A DNA stretch of 64,000 nt, taken from NCBI GenBank assembly GCA_964484565.1, contig CAZAGG010000001.1, positions 25,066-89,065 of the forward strand, in the 5' to 3' direction. This DNA comes from an uncultured Rickettsiales bacterium. Lineage in GTDB: Bacteria; Pseudomonadota; Alphaproteobacteria; Rickettsiales; CAZAGG01. Numbering within the stretch: position 1 is the stretch's first letter; each line of letters starts with the position of its first letter. The notes under the pieces were generated by a model. The model saw only the letters and a list, made by a program, of their open reading frames with translations, searched no databases and was not told the DNA's origin. Position numbers and translations under genes: made by a program. This document shows positions 45,692-55,768 of the stretch, piece after piece.

Positions 45692-47251
45692 ATGCAGCTA
45701 CCAAGAGTAACATATACAAATTACAACGTAGATTTTTCGCCACTTCATGATTATCTTGACAGGTTAATTCCTGAATTTAAAAGAGATTATCTCGGTAAGA
45801 CTTATCCCAATATAATTGATGGGTTGGAAAGCAAAACAGGCGATTTATACAAACTTTCAAGCCCTATAAGCTCAGAAATAACACTTGGCAGCTTTTATTC
45901 AGCAAATAAACAAGTTGTTTCTGATGCTATTACATCCGCAAAAAATACCTATAAAACTTGGAGCGGCCTTAACTGGCGCGAAAGAGTTATGATAATGCAA
46001 AGAGTTGCACATGAGCTTGATAAATACAAATATATTTTAGGTCTTGCAGCTCTTTATGAGGTTGGCAAATCTCGTTTGGAAGCAATTGGAGAAACAGAAG
46101 AAGCCGCGGATTTTGTGAAATACTACTGCGATGAAATGGAGAAAAATAATGGCTATAGTGGAAATACTTCAAGGGCTTATCCCAATGAAGATGCGAAATA
46201 TATTTTAAAGCCTTACGGAGTTTTTGCCGTTATTTCGCCGTTTAACTTTCCCGTTGCAATGGCCGTGAACATGATTACAGGCGCAATACTCACGGGAAAT
46301 ACATGTGTTTTTAAACCTAGCCCAAATTCTGCATTAACCGCCTCAATTCTGGTTGATGTGCTGCACAAAGCTGGCCTTCCAAAAGGAGTGGTAAATCTTG
46401 TTTGTGGAGGCGATGAAACAGGAAAAGCACTAAGCGATAGCCCAGATATTGACGGTATTGTATTCACAGGCTCATATAAAGTTGGCATGGAGTTATGCAA
46501 GAAAATGACTTCAGGCAATTATATCAAGCCTTGTATTGTTGAAATGGGCGGCAAAAACCCATCCTACGTTACGGCAAAAGCTGACATTGAAGCTGCAGCA
46601 TATGGGGTTATGCGTTCTAGCATGGGCATGTGTGGCCAGAAGTGTAGTGCGAATTCAAGAGTTTATGTTGAAAAATCAATCGCTGCATCATTTAAAGAAA
46701 GGCTTATATCATTAATTTCACAGATAAAAATTGGAAATCCTGAGAATAAAGACATCTATCTTGGCCCAGTAATCGATGATAATGCAGTCTCAAGATATAA
46801 GAAAGTGGCAGACGAAGCTAGAAAAGATGGCAACATAATATTTGGCGGCAACGTAATAAAAGATAAATACGTTGAGCCAATGGTTATTGAAAAACTAGAA
46901 TGGTCGCATCGTTTAAATCGTGATGAACTGTTTCTGCCGATATTATCAATTCTAGAATATGATAACCTTGAAGATGCAATTAAAGACGGAAACTCAGTAA
47001 ATTATGGATTAACCGCAGGTTTCTATAGCCTTGATTCAAAGGAAGTTGAGACTTTCACAAATCTTGCAGAGGCTGGAGTTCTCTATATCAACCGAGCAAG
47101 CGGCGCAACAACAGGCACTTGGCCGGGAACTCAAACCTTCACTGGATGGAAAGGCTCAGGCGGCTCAGGAAAAGGTGGAATGGGCCCTTTCTACCTTCCT
47201 CAATTTATGAGGGAACAAAGCCAAACTCGCTGGTTCGGCTTAATGCTATAG
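45692..47251 (+). CDS. aldehyde dehydrogenase family protein, 1-pyrroline-5-carboxylate dehydrogenase-like
   Basis: ALDH motifs are present: ISPFNFPVAM, VEMGGKNP and CGQKCSANSR (the GQKCSA variant typical of P5CDH). The start was moved to the ATG at 45692, which has AGGG upstream. Confidence 0.8.
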   Translation: MQLPRVTYTNYNVDFSPLHDYLDRLIPEFKRDYLGKTYPNIIDGLESKTGDLYKLSSPISSEITLGSFYSANKQVVSDAITSAKNTYKTWSGLNWRERVMIMQRVAHELDKYKYILGLAALYEVGKSRLEAIGETEEAADFVKYYCDEMEKNNGYSGNTSRAYPNEDAKYILKPYGVFAVISPFNFPVAMAVNMITGAILTGNTCVFKPSPNSALTASILVDVLHKAGLPKGVVNLVCGGDETGKALSDSPDIDGIVFTGSYKVGMELCKKMTSGNYIKPCIVEMGGKNPSYVTAKADIEAAAYGVMRSSMGMCGQKCSANSRVYVEKSIAASFKERLISLISQIKIGNPENKDIYLGPVIDDNAVSRYKKVADEARKDGNIIFGGNVIKDKYVEPMVIEKLEWSHRLNRDELFLPILSILEYDNLEDAIKDGNSVNYGLTAGFYSLDSKEVETFTNLAEAGVLYINRASGATTGTWPGTQTFTGWKGSGGSGKGGMGPFYLPQFMREQSQTRWFGLML

Positions 47252-47261
47252 CTTAGGCTCT

Positions 47262-47362
47262 TCTGATAGCGGACGGCTTTATCGGCGTAATAATCCAAAA
47301 AGCACGATTTTTTCTGAATTGCTTCGCCTTTAACCTACGCCAAGGCTTCGGTTAACAAGTCG
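47262..47362. repeat. GC-rich intergenic repeat, copy Y (inverted relative to copy X at 28014-28120)
   Basis: 47335-47362 (CTACGCCAAGGCTTCGGTTAACAAGTCG) is the reverse complement of the X core with 2 mismatches. Flanking similarity continues leftwards. Like X, it sits between convergent genes. Confidence 0.5.
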
Positions 47363-47470
47363 GCTCAGAGTGGTGAAAATTCCGAAAATCAATGCGTTCA
47401 TAATAAAATGCAGGGGAATGAGCACTTGAGGGAAAGCGGTTTTGAAATTAATATGACTATTTTGTGAATT

Positions 47471-48544
47471 TTATTTGTAACTTCTTAATCTTAACAAATG
47501 ATCTGCCAGAGTGATTGCAAGCATAGCCTCACCAACTGGAACGGCGCGAATGCCAACGCATGGGTCGTGCCTGCCTTTAGTAATTAGGTTGGTTTCGTTT
47601 TTATTTTTATCTATTGTTGCCACACTTTGCAGAATTGAACTTGTGGGTTTTACTGCGAATCTCACCACAATATCTTGCCCGCTTGAAATTCCGCCTAAAA
47701 TTCCACCTGCATTATTTGATAGAAATATTGGATTGCCATTGTCATCCACCCTAATTTCATCAGCGTTTTGTTCGCCGCGAAGTTCGGCGGCAGCAAAGCC
47801 TTCACCAATTTCAACCGCTTTAACCGCATTAATGCTCATCATTGCTTTTGCTATATCAGCATCGAGTTTATCATATACTGGCTCACCAAGCCCAACTGGA
47901 ACGCCCTCAGCCACAACCTCTATAATTGCACCAACGGAAGAACCTGCCTTTCTAACTGAATCGAGATAGTCTTCAAAATGCTTTGCGGCTTCTTTATCAG
48001 GACACCAGAATGGATTGTTTTCTACCTCACCCCAATCCCAGTTATTGCGATTTATTTTTTCTGTTCCCATTTGCACTAACGCGCCACGAACTTTGATGTT
48101 TGAGCCTAGAATTTTTCTGGCAATTGCTCCTGCTGCAACGCGCATTGCGGTTTCTCTGGCACTTGAACGTCCACCGCCCCTATAATCTCTGATTCCATAC
48201 TTCATAAAATATGTATAATCGGCGTGCCCTGGACGGAATTTATCTTTTATATCGCCATAATCTTTGGAGCGTTGATCTTCATTGAAAATCAGCAGACTTA
48301 TTGGAGTTCCTGTGGTTTTGCCCTCAAAAACCCCCGACATTATTTTAACTGTGTCGCTCTCTCTGCGCTGAGTGGTGAATCTTGAAGTTCCTGGTTTACG
48401 GCGGTTTAGCCAAAACTGAATATCCTCTTCACACAAATCTATGAGTGACGGAACGCCGTCTACCACCGCGCCTATAGCTTCGCCGTGGCTTTCGCCCCAT
48501 GTTGTGAAATTGAAAACTTTTCCAAAACTATTAGATGATGACAT
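47471..48544 (-). CDS. aroC: chorismate synthase
   Basis: The N-terminus is [15 protein letters not shown], with GRSSARETA and RHDPCV motifs. The start was moved to the ATG at 48544, because the 23 extra codons of the listed ORF overlap yraN. Confidence 0.95.
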   Translation of the reverse strand: MSSSNSFGKVFNFTTWGESHGEAIGAVVDGVPSLIDLCEEDIQFWLNRRKPGTSRFTTQRRESDTVKIMSGVFEGKTTGTPISLLIFNEDQRSKDYGDIKDKFRPGHADYTYFMKYGIRDYRGGGRSSARETAMRVAAGAIARKILGSNIKVRGALVQMGTEKINRNNWDWGEVENNPFWCPDKEAAKHFEDYLDSVRKAGSSVGAIIEVVAEGVPVGLGEPVYDKLDADIAKAMMSINAVKAVEIGEGFAAAELRGEQNADEIRVDDNGNPIFLSNNAGGILGGISSGQDIVVRFAVKPTSSILQSVATIDKNKNETNLITKGRHDPCVGIRAVPVGEAMLAITLADHLLRLRSYK

Positions 48545-48548
48545 ATTA

Positions 48549-48917
48549 TTATAAAGTCCACGCTGATTTGATATGATGTGGAAGTTTATAAGGCGATATG
48601 GCAATCGCATCAAGCCTTATATTATAATTTGCATATTCACTTTTGCTATTCAAATAATACTCAGCCGCTCTTAAGATTCTACCTTGCTGCTTTTGCGAGA
48701 TTGATTCAAAGGCGCTATCAATGTTTGGACGATATTTAATCTCGCAGAAAACTATAAACCCGCCTTTTTTGGCGATTAAGTCAATTTCACCAACTTTGGT
48801 TTTATATCTTCTTTCTAAAATTCTGTATCCTTTTAAAAGCAGATATATTGCGGCAACTAACTCTGCAATAACGCCGTTTTTATATGATTTTTTGCCGTTT
48901 TCCGATTTTCTAAGCAA
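48549..48917 (-). CDS. yraN: YraN family (UPF0102) endonuclease-like protein
   Basis: 122 aa with GEIDLIA......VF.EIKYR, a PD-(D/E)xK-like pattern. Confidence 0.8.
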   Translation of the reverse strand: MLRKSENGKKSYKNGVIAELVAAIYLLLKGYRILERRYKTKVGEIDLIAKKGGFIVFCEIKYRPNIDSAFESISQKQQGRILRAAEYYLNSKSEYANYNIRLDAIAISPYKLPHHIKSAWTL

Positions 48918-49020
48918 CTCATTATCCCCAATATGCAGGCTGTTAATACTGAATAATTATATTGAAAATGCAATATATTCATTATATAAGCCTCGCTCAC
49001 TTTAAAAATGTGAGGCAAAA

Positions 49021-49443
49021 ATGACAGTGATTGAACTTCCTGAGAATTACACTCCAAGCGATTCAGAAGAATATATGAATCCTAAGCAGTTAGAGTATTT
49101 TAGAAGAAAACTTCAAAGCTGGAAGGATGAGTTGCTATCAGAATCAAGAGCAACTCTAGAGAACCTCAAAAATGAGAATTGGCACGAAGCCGATATTGCA
49201 GATAGAGCTTCACTAGAAACGGAAGCAGGCGTTGAACTTAAAACTCGCAATCGCTATTTAAAATTAATCGATAAAATAGATGCTGCACTTAAAAGAATTG
49301 CAGATGGCGACTACGGATATTGCGAAGAAACTGGCGACCCGATAGGTTTAAAACGCTTAGAAGCAAGACCAATTGCCACCATGACCATTGAAGCGCAAGA
49401 GCGTCACGAGAAGATGGAAAAGCAATACTCTGACGAAGATTAG
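49021..49443 (+). CDS. dksA: RNA polymerase-binding transcription factor DksA (zinc-finger cysteines mostly replaced)
   Basis: 140 aa with a coiled-coil tip region (DIADRAS.E) and a C-terminal YGYCEETGDPIGLKRLEARP.A. Only the first of the four canonical Cys residues is retained (C, T, T, A). Confidence 0.85.
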   Translation: MTVIELPENYTPSDSEEYMNPKQLEYFRRKLQSWKDELLSESRATLENLKNENWHEADIADRASLETEAGVELKTRNRYLKLIDKIDAALKRIADGDYGYCEETGDPIGLKRLEARPIATMTIEAQERHEKMEKQYSDED

Positions 49444-49465
49444 TGATTTAGAGCCAACACAAAGG

Positions 49466-50887
49466 CTAAGTTGGGTTTTTGCCAGCACTCTTTGCAATGA
49501 TGATTTTATCAGCAATTTGTTCAAAGTCGGCTCTGAAGTGAACAGAGCTTTTGAGAACTATCACTCTCAACTTTTCTGGTTCTAGGCCAAGATGCCTAAA
49601 TATTGATCTGTCGGCAGCTTGCTGTTTAATGCTTGAAATTAAGATATTTACACCACCTTTTTTGAGCAATGCCATTTTGCCTAGATTCATATTTGAGCCG
49701 CCATACATCTTGCCAGTTGCTTTAAATGAGCCGTCAGTGACTTTAATGACTTCAAACTCACCTGTTACAGGGCTTCCAAATTCAGGCGAAATCTTAGCAC
49801 CGATTGAGAATTGCGCCTTCCCTCCTTCCCCTATTTCATGGGCGTAAGCTGCTGATTCTGGGTCGCATATCAATGCGATAGCAGAATTTGCTAAGTTAGC
49901 CGCCAGCATTTCATGTAAAATTCCTGTGGTGTCAGAATCACCTCCCGCACCGGGATTATCTTGAGTATCCACAATAATTAGTGGTTTGCTGGAATTATGT
50001 TTTAAAGCGATATCAATAGCTTCCTTTTCACTATAAAATATAGTCTCAAAGTTGTCTTTATGAGCATTGAATAGGTTTTCAACATTCCTTACTTTATCAC
50101 TTAAGTATTGAGTGGTCTTATATAATGAATATGCATAAATTGAGGGGTATGCAAATTCTCCACCAGAAGGTGGAAAGCCAAAACTCGCAGAAATAATTAT
50201 ATCCTTGCTTTCTGAGATTTTCTCAACAAGCTCTTTAATATGAATTGCAGGTTTAGATAATGTGCACTGACTGGTTACTCTAATCTGAAAATCAACTCGG
50301 CTGAATGCTTTATGAATTATTGGCCTTCTTAAGCTATTCCAATTGTTTATAAATTTTGCAACTCTCGCGCCAGTTGCCGCCATATCAATATGTGGATATT
50401 CCCTATAGCAGGTTATAAAGTCAGCAAGATTAAACATTTCATCTGAAACATTCGCATGAAAATCAAGTGCTACGAAAATAGGAATATTCGGATAAATTTT
50501 TCTAATTCTTTTTAATAACTCACCCTCACCATCAGGAAAGTTTTCCACAACCATCGCGCCGTGTAAGTCTAGAAATATGGCATCTAATGAGCGGGATTGC
50601 TTTAGTATATCAATAATTTGATTTGATATTTGCTCAAAGGCATCAGTCTCAACATAAGAAGATGGCTGTGCAGAGCACCACAAAACTGGAATTAGTTCAA
50701 AATTATATTCCTTACTTTTTTCAATAAATCCCGCTATTGGTATGTTGACGCCATCAACATTATTTATTAGGGCATCTCCAATCGAGAGTGGAGGCCAGCC
50801 ATCCGCAATTTTAAAGTCATCAAAACTAGCTTTACGGCTAGCTAAAATATTTGTTTCATGGTGAAAACCAGCAATAGCAATTTTCAT
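49466..50887 (-). CDS. M81 family metallopeptidase (MlrC-like)
   Basis: 473 aa. The N-terminus MKIAIAGFHHETN and the LDLHGAM motif are typical of the MlrC N-terminal domain. Confidence 0.75.
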   Translation of the reverse strand: MKIAIAGFHHETNILASRKASFDDFKIADGWPPLSIGDALINNVDGVNIPIAGFIEKSKEYNFELIPVLWCSAQPSSYVETDAFEQISNQIIDILKQSRSLDAIFLDLHGAMVVENFPDGEGELLKRIRKIYPNIPIFVALDFHANVSDEMFNLADFITCYREYPHIDMAATGARVAKFINNWNSLRRPIIHKAFSRVDFQIRVTSQCTLSKPAIHIKELVEKISESKDIIISASFGFPPSGGEFAYPSIYAYSLYKTTQYLSDKVRNVENLFNAHKDNFETIFYSEKEAIDIALKHNSSKPLIIVDTQDNPGAGGDSDTTGILHEMLAANLANSAIALICDPESAAYAHEIGEGGKAQFSIGAKISPEFGSPVTGEFEVIKVTDGSFKATGKMYGGSNMNLGKMALLKKGGVNILISSIKQQAADRSIFRHLGLEPEKLRVIVLKSSVHFRADFEQIADKIIIAKSAGKNPT

Positions 50888-50926
50888 AGCAAATCTTTAA
50901 TATATTCAAACAAGAAAGAATAAAAC

Positions 50927-52243
50927 TTAAGCGTATTTTTGTGTTACAGCAACGTCTTTGTTATGAATATTAGGAGAACCAGCAATCTTAGGTTTGGAAG
51001 ATTGTTCTGTTGCATTCGCAGAGTTAATATCCCTATCTGTTATATTATGCTGATGGCTTGTTTTACCTTCTACAAAATTCTGCTGCTGTGTTACAGCCTC
51101 ACCTTTATGCCTTGCAATAAGAAAATCTCTTGAAACATTTATCGAGTGCTCTTTTGCGACATCTTCAACAGTTTTTTTGCCACTTGAAATATCATCTCTT
51201 GCCTGAATTACTGTTTTAAAATCTTTCAAATGAAGTAATTCAATATAAAGCATTGTTTCTTCAAGGTTATCAGGATTTATTAGAGAAACTTTTGCGTATG
51301 GATCATTTCTAAACCCAAGCCTATTCATAACCCTTCCAAAGAAATCCATTCTGCCTTTTCTTTCTGCTCTTGGAACTTCTTTTTGCGTACCAAGCAGGCA
51401 GATAAAGTGCGACAAGTCAAAATCGTTTTTGATTGGATATAAGTTTTGATCTTTATAGCTTTTTTCGAATAATTTTGAAATGTGCGAAAAAATAATATTT
51501 GAGTTGAATTGTCGTTCTGCAATTCTTTTATCATCTTTTATATCAACATTATAAGGCTCAAAATCATCACAATATTTTTGATATAACCTGTAGAGATTGT
51601 TTACATCGCCTTTAACAATCAAATTTTCCTTACTGCTATATTCATCTCCAATAACAGCTTGAAATGCTTCAAAAAAGGTTTGTGGCCTTCCAACTAACTC
51701 ATAGGCGTAAAGCGATCCAGATACTCCCAAAGCAAGCATTGTAGAGTCTAGTTTATCAAATAGTTTGAGCCCTAATAACCTTGAAACTGGTCTTAAAAAC
51801 GCAGTTGAGCTTGCGACTACCCTAAGAGCATTATAGCTGAATAAATTACTTCTAGTTCTTTGAACAATAACATTTTGAGACTTTGCAAGATCATTCCAAG
51901 TTACATCTTTTGAATCTTTATCGAATTCTATTCCTACCGCTTCAGAGTATCCTTTTTTGACGAGTGATCTAGTTCTAAAGTAGTGTGAACCAACGACACT
52001 CAATGCAACGCTTCCAGTTACTAAATCAGTAATATGGCCAACATCTTCATAAGTAACTTTATCTTTATCTTTAAACTGTGGAAAATGGTTTTTAATAAAC
52101 TCTTGAGTTTTTTCCCATTTAAGGATTGACTCTGTAGTATATCTCGACGCAGTTCCGACAAGAGTAAGCCATAGACGCCATATCTCAGGCGTATCCTTCC
52201 TGTTCTCAACGTTTTGATGCTGTCTTTCCAAACCTACTCTCAC
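50927..52243 (-). CDS. hypothetical protein (large orphan with several hydrophobic segments)
   Basis: 438-aa ORF with a GTG start and no SD, so the start is uncertain. There are no recognisable motifs. Hydrophobic stretches near residues 70-90, 130-160 and 165-185 are followed by a polar Q/N/S-rich C-terminus. Confidence 0.5.
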   Translation of the reverse strand: MRVGLERQHQNVENRKDTPEIWRLWLTLVGTASRYTTESILKWEKTQEFIKNHFPQFKDKDKVTYEDVGHITDLVTGSVALSVVGSHYFRTRSLVKKGYSEAVGIEFDKDSKDVTWNDLAKSQNVIVQRTRSNLFSYNALRVVASSTAFLRPVSRLLGLKLFDKLDSTMLALGVSGSLYAYELVGRPQTFFEAFQAVIGDEYSSKENLIVKGDVNNLYRLYQKYCDDFEPYNVDIKDDKRIAERQFNSNIIFSHISKLFEKSYKDQNLYPIKNDFDLSHFICLLGTQKEVPRAERKGRMDFFGRVMNRLGFRNDPYAKVSLINPDNLEETMLYIELLHLKDFKTVIQARDDISSGKKTVEDVAKEHSINVSRDFLIARHKGEAVTQQQNFVEGKTSHQHNITDRDINSANATEQSSKPKIAGSPNIHNKDVAVTQKYA

Positions 52244-52558
52244 AAAAAATTAGCCTATCCTGCTCGAATGATAACATTAAATTGTTTCAGTTTTACTACT
52301 AATTTTGAAAATAATTTAATTATAGTATTTCTATTTTTATCTGATAGCGGCGCATTTCATCGGTCTCACCGTGCTCACTTATTATTCATAAGCTCCGCGC
52401 GCCTCGCCTCGAAACACTTGCTCTCAAATAAAACTAGAAACGCTATATTTCTGGCTTATTCTTCCAGTTTGAAAAGAGTGATACACTATTTCTATTACAG
52501 TTTAATTACAAAAACAATATTTGTTTTAATATTCGAAAAGGTGGCAAAAAGGCTTTCC

Positions 52559-53167
52559 TTACTTTTTCAATAATTCCTTGTATTTGCTATATACCTTTTT
52601 GTATAGAGGCTCTTGATTAACCTTAATGCCAAATTTACTTATGACATAAGTTCCTAAGATGTGGTCGTGCAAACCTCTTTTCTTCTTATCAAAGCCTATA
52701 CAGATAAACCCTATCATAATTGGCAACAGAGAAATTATATATGAAAGCATTCTGAGTATTAATTTAGTATTGGAAGGTTTTTGCATAGTTTTGGAATCTA
52801 CAATTCTTGCTCCAACTAAAAATTTACCAGGGCTTGATGCAAATTTTAGCCAAAACGGAAGAATGAAGGCCGAATAAATTAAAAATGAAATAATAAAATC
52901 AATAATCATTTTCTTTAGTAACCCTGACTCTGATATTAAAATGTACAAATCAGATAAAGTAATGACAGAGGCAAGATTATGTCTGTAATATCCCATATTA
53001 ACCTGAATATTTAGCAGGCTATGTATAAATTCTGTTGCGGGAACAATTGCAAAACTAAATAATCTAATAATAAGCAATAAGATAAGTGCATCAATCATTG
53101 TGGCAATAACTCTTGCATTAAATGATGAGTAGTTTACCTCATTTGATTCATCGCTCATTAAAAACAC
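52559..53167 (-). CDS. RDD family membrane protein
   Basis: 202 aa. ARVIATMIDALILLLI opens an RDD-type domain with about four predicted TM segments and a late R..HD motif (KKRGLHDHILGT). It overlaps the bioD 3-prime end by 11-20 nt. Confidence 0.7.
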   Translation of the reverse strand: MFLMSDESNEVNYSSFNARVIATMIDALILLLIIRLFSFAIVPATEFIHSLLNIQVNMGYYRHNLASVITLSDLYILISESGLLKKMIIDFIISFLIYSAFILPFWLKFASSPGKFLVGARIVDSKTMQKPSNTKLILRMLSYIISLLPIMIGFICIGFDKKKRGLHDHILGTYVISKFGIKVNQEPLYKKVYSKYKELLKK

Positions 53168-53834
53168 CTATGGAATGTAAAATGTTTGGAGATTCTCTCC
53201 AATTTGAATCTTTGATTCTAGGAATAACTATTATAGGAAGTGCATGAAAGCTCATTATAGTCATTATAATTTCATTTACATCATCTTCATCATTAGTTTT
53301 TGAGATAAGTAAGGATGATATGGTTATCCCCCTTGCCTTAAGAGCCTCTATTGCTGTAAGCGTGTGGCTTATTGTTCCCAAATAGCTGCCTGCAACTAAT
53401 ACAGCAGGTATTCCCAACATTTTTATTAAATCAGCATTTGCATTTAAACTAGTTAGAGGTGTTAAGACACCTCCCGCTCCTTCTATCAACAGATAATCTG
53501 TGCCTTCGCGCATTTTAAGGCAGAAATCTTTGACTTCATCTATATTGATTGAAATGCCTTGCCTTTCAGCCGCAATATTTGGTGATAGCGGCTCTTTAAG
53601 TCGCCATGGAGAAACTTTCTCAATGTCTTCTTCCGAGCAAGCAAGCATTAACTCTGAAGTATCAGTATTAATATTCTCAGAGTAGCCACTTATAATCGGT
53701 TTAATTGCCCTTACTTTCTTGCCCAAAGCAGATAATTGATTTGACAGAGCGCAAGTAACAAAGGTTTTACCAATATCTGTGCCTGTTGATGTTATAAAAA
53801 AAGTCTTACTGGGAGGAGTTGACATATAAACCAT
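53148..53834 (-). CDS. bioD: dethiobiotin synthetase
   Basis: 228 aa with the P-loop-like ITSTGTDIGKTFVT and the LIEGAGG motif. Confidence 0.8.
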   Translation of the reverse strand: MVYMSTPPSKTFFITSTGTDIGKTFVTCALSNQLSALGKKVRAIKPIISGYSENINTDTSELMLACSEEDIEKVSPWRLKEPLSPNIAAERQGISINIDEVKDFCLKMREGTDYLLIEGAGGVLTPLTSLNANADLIKMLGIPAVLVAGSYLGTISHTLTAIEALKARGITISSLLISKTNDEDDVNEIIMTIMSFHALPIIVIPRIKDSNWRESPNILHSIGVFNER

Positions 53835-53845
53835 CCCCTTAATTT

Positions 53846-55627
53846 TTATAAATCTGCATAGACATATTTTTCGCCTTCACCACCTGGGTGTGTCACCGCC
53901 CCTAAGTAGGCAGGGCCAACTAATTGTGCATATTTCCAGATTGTTCCAGAGCCGAAACGGTTTTCTCCCGCCCTTGTAATATGTTTAGAGCCGCCATTCT
54001 TAACCCATTCAGAATGTCTTTCAAACATTTCTTGCTTAGAAATTGCAACGTCAATGGTTCCTTTCTCGCAGTCGATAGTAATTTCATCGCCATCTTTGAC
54101 TAGTGCTATTGGCCCGCCAACTGCCGCTTCAGGCCCTGCATGGCCTATGCACAAGCCTCTGGTTGCTCCACTAAACCTTCCATCAGTTATTAGTGCAACT
54201 TTATCTCCAGTTCCTTGACCGTATAGGGCGGCAGTTGTTGAAAGCATTTCACGCATTCCTGGCCCGCCTTTTGGCCCTTCATAACGAATAATAATTACAT
54301 CGCCTTCTTCATATTCACGGTTTTCAACTGCTTTAAATGCATCTTCCTCACAATCGAAGCAGCGAGCTTTTCCTGTAAATTTCTGATTTGTAAGGCCTGC
54401 AACTTTAACGATTGCCCCATCTGGCGCAAGATTTCCAAATAGCGTGACAACGCCGCCAGTTGCAGAAATAGGCTTATTTGCTTCTCTAACAATCTGCTGA
54501 TTGCTATTGAATGTCACTGAAGCTAGGTTTTCTGCCACTGTTTTACCTGTTACGGTTAGGCAGTCTCCATGCAGATAACCGTGTTGCAAGAGAGTTTTCA
54601 TGATTTGTTCAACGCCGCCAATTTCGAATAAATCTTTGGCTACATACTTTCCACCTGGTTTGAGATCTGCAATGTAAGGAGTTTTGCGGAAAATTTTACC
54701 AACATCCTCCAAATTAAAGCTAATTCCAGCCTCATGCGCAATTGCGGGAAGATGGAGTGCAGCGTTTGTTGATCCACCAGTAGCTGCAACTACAGTTGCT
54801 GCATTTTCTAATGCTTTGAGTGTAACAATATCTCGTGGCCTGATTTTAAGAGCCAGAAGTTTCATCACGGCCTCGCCAGATGAATAGGCGTACCTATCTC
54901 GCTCTTCATATGGGGCAGGTGCGCCACTTGAATTCGGAAGCGCAAGGCCTATAGCTTCAGAAACGCAGGCCATAGTATTCGCTGTGAATTGCCCGCCGCA
55001 AGAGCCAGCAGAAGGACATGCAACTTTTTCTAACTCATATAGCTCATTTAAAGAGAACTGTCCGCAAGCGTGTTTTCCCACCGCTTCAAAAACATCCTGA
55101 ACCGTGACATCATTTCCTTTATATTTACCTGGTAAGATTGAGCCGCCATACATAAAAACGCTGGGAATATTAAGCCTTACCATTGCCATCATTAATCCTG
55201 GAAGTGACTTATCGCACCCCGCAAGACCAACGAGAGCGTCATAACAATGGCCTCTGACTGTTAACTCTACAGAATCAGCAATAACATCGCGCGAAACAAG
55301 AGAGGATTTCATTCCCTCATGTCCCATTGCAATGCCATCTGTAACGGTGATTGTTGTAAATTCTCTTGCTGTTCCGCCCGCTTTGGCAACGCCTTTCTTG
55401 GCGACTTCTGCCTGACGTTTTAAAGCTATGTTACATGGTGCAGCCTCATTCCATGTTGAAACAACACCAACTAAAGGTTGATTTATATCATTCTCAGATA
55501 GTCCCATTGCGTAATAGTAACTTCTGTGAGGCGCGCGCTCTGCGCCATCTGTTACATGTCTACTTACTAAACGTGATTTTCCATAAGTTTTAACGTTTTT
55601 ATTATTTTCTGCGGTATTATCTGACAT
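53846..55627 (-). CDS. ilvD: dihydroxy-acid dehydratase
   Basis: 593 aa with [19 protein letters not shown] and [14 protein letters not shown] motifs. Confidence 0.95.
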   Translation of the reverse strand: MSDNTAENNKNVKTYGKSRLVSRHVTDGAERAPHRSYYYAMGLSENDINQPLVGVVSTWNEAAPCNIALKRQAEVAKKGVAKAGGTAREFTTITVTDGIAMGHEGMKSSLVSRDVIADSVELTVRGHCYDALVGLAGCDKSLPGLMMAMVRLNIPSVFMYGGSILPGKYKGNDVTVQDVFEAVGKHACGQFSLNELYELEKVACPSAGSCGGQFTANTMACVSEAIGLALPNSSGAPAPYEERDRYAYSSGEAVMKLLALKIRPRDIVTLKALENAATVVAATGGSTNAALHLPAIAHEAGISFNLEDVGKIFRKTPYIADLKPGGKYVAKDLFEIGGVEQIMKTLLQHGYLHGDCLTVTGKTVAENLASVTFNSNQQIVREANKPISATGGVVTLFGNLAPDGAIVKVAGLTNQKFTGKARCFDCEEDAFKAVENREYEEGDVIIIRYEGPKGGPGMREMLSTTAALYGQGTGDKVALITDGRFSGATRGLCIGHAGPEAAVGGPIALVKDGDEITIDCEKGTIDVAISKQEMFERHSEWVKNGGSKHITRAGENRFGSGTIWKYAQLVGPAYLGAVTHPGGEGEKYVYADL

Positions 55628-55639
55628 ATTCTCTTCATT

Positions 55640-55714
55640 TTAAAATAATCTGGTAACGGCCTTAACACTGTAATAAATTCCAGCGGCAATCATAACGAAT
55701 ATTATATTTTCCAT
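55640..55714 (-). CDS. candidate 24-aa hydrophobic mini-protein upstream of ilvD
   Basis: Not in the ORF track because it is too short. ATG at 55714-55712 is preceded by TGAGGTTTGT (a GAGG SD 5 nt upstream). The translation is MENIIFVMIAAGIYYSVKAVTRLF-stop, ending 12 nt before the ilvD ATG. Confidence 0.3.
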   Translation of the reverse strand: MENIIFVMIAAGIYYSVKAVTRLF

Positions 55715-55768
55715 ACAAACCTCATTTGTTGTAAGCCTAGAAGAAATTTAGCTGAGTGAGTGAAGATG

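Noticed and set aside
47418-47440. GAGGGAAAGCGG resembling the RNase P RNA GAGGAAAGUCCGG box
   Set aside because: No other RNase P conserved regions follow, and the aroC stop is about 30 nt away. I consider it chance similarity inside the repeat region.
47511-47969. 152-aa antisense ORF inside aroC
   Set aside because: It is a shadow ORF opposite chorismate synthase.
48545-48613. 23-codon 5-prime extension of aroC overlapping yraN
   Set aside because: The chorismate synthase N-terminus is conserved from [21 protein letters not shown]. The extension overlaps the upstream gene and adds non-homologous residues.
52341-52389. Counting the 52.34-kb GC-rich patch as a firm third copy of the X/Y repeat
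   Set aside because: Only 18/27 identity to the left part of Y, plus short inverted matches (ATAATAA, TGAGCAC). This is too weak to call without a genome-wide consensus.
52214-52573. 119-aa plus-strand ORF in the gap between the 438-aa orphan and the RDD gene
   Set aside because: It is low-complexity (Leu/Ser/Phe-rich), has no SD, and overlaps the ends of both flanking genes. It is more likely non-coding upstream region.
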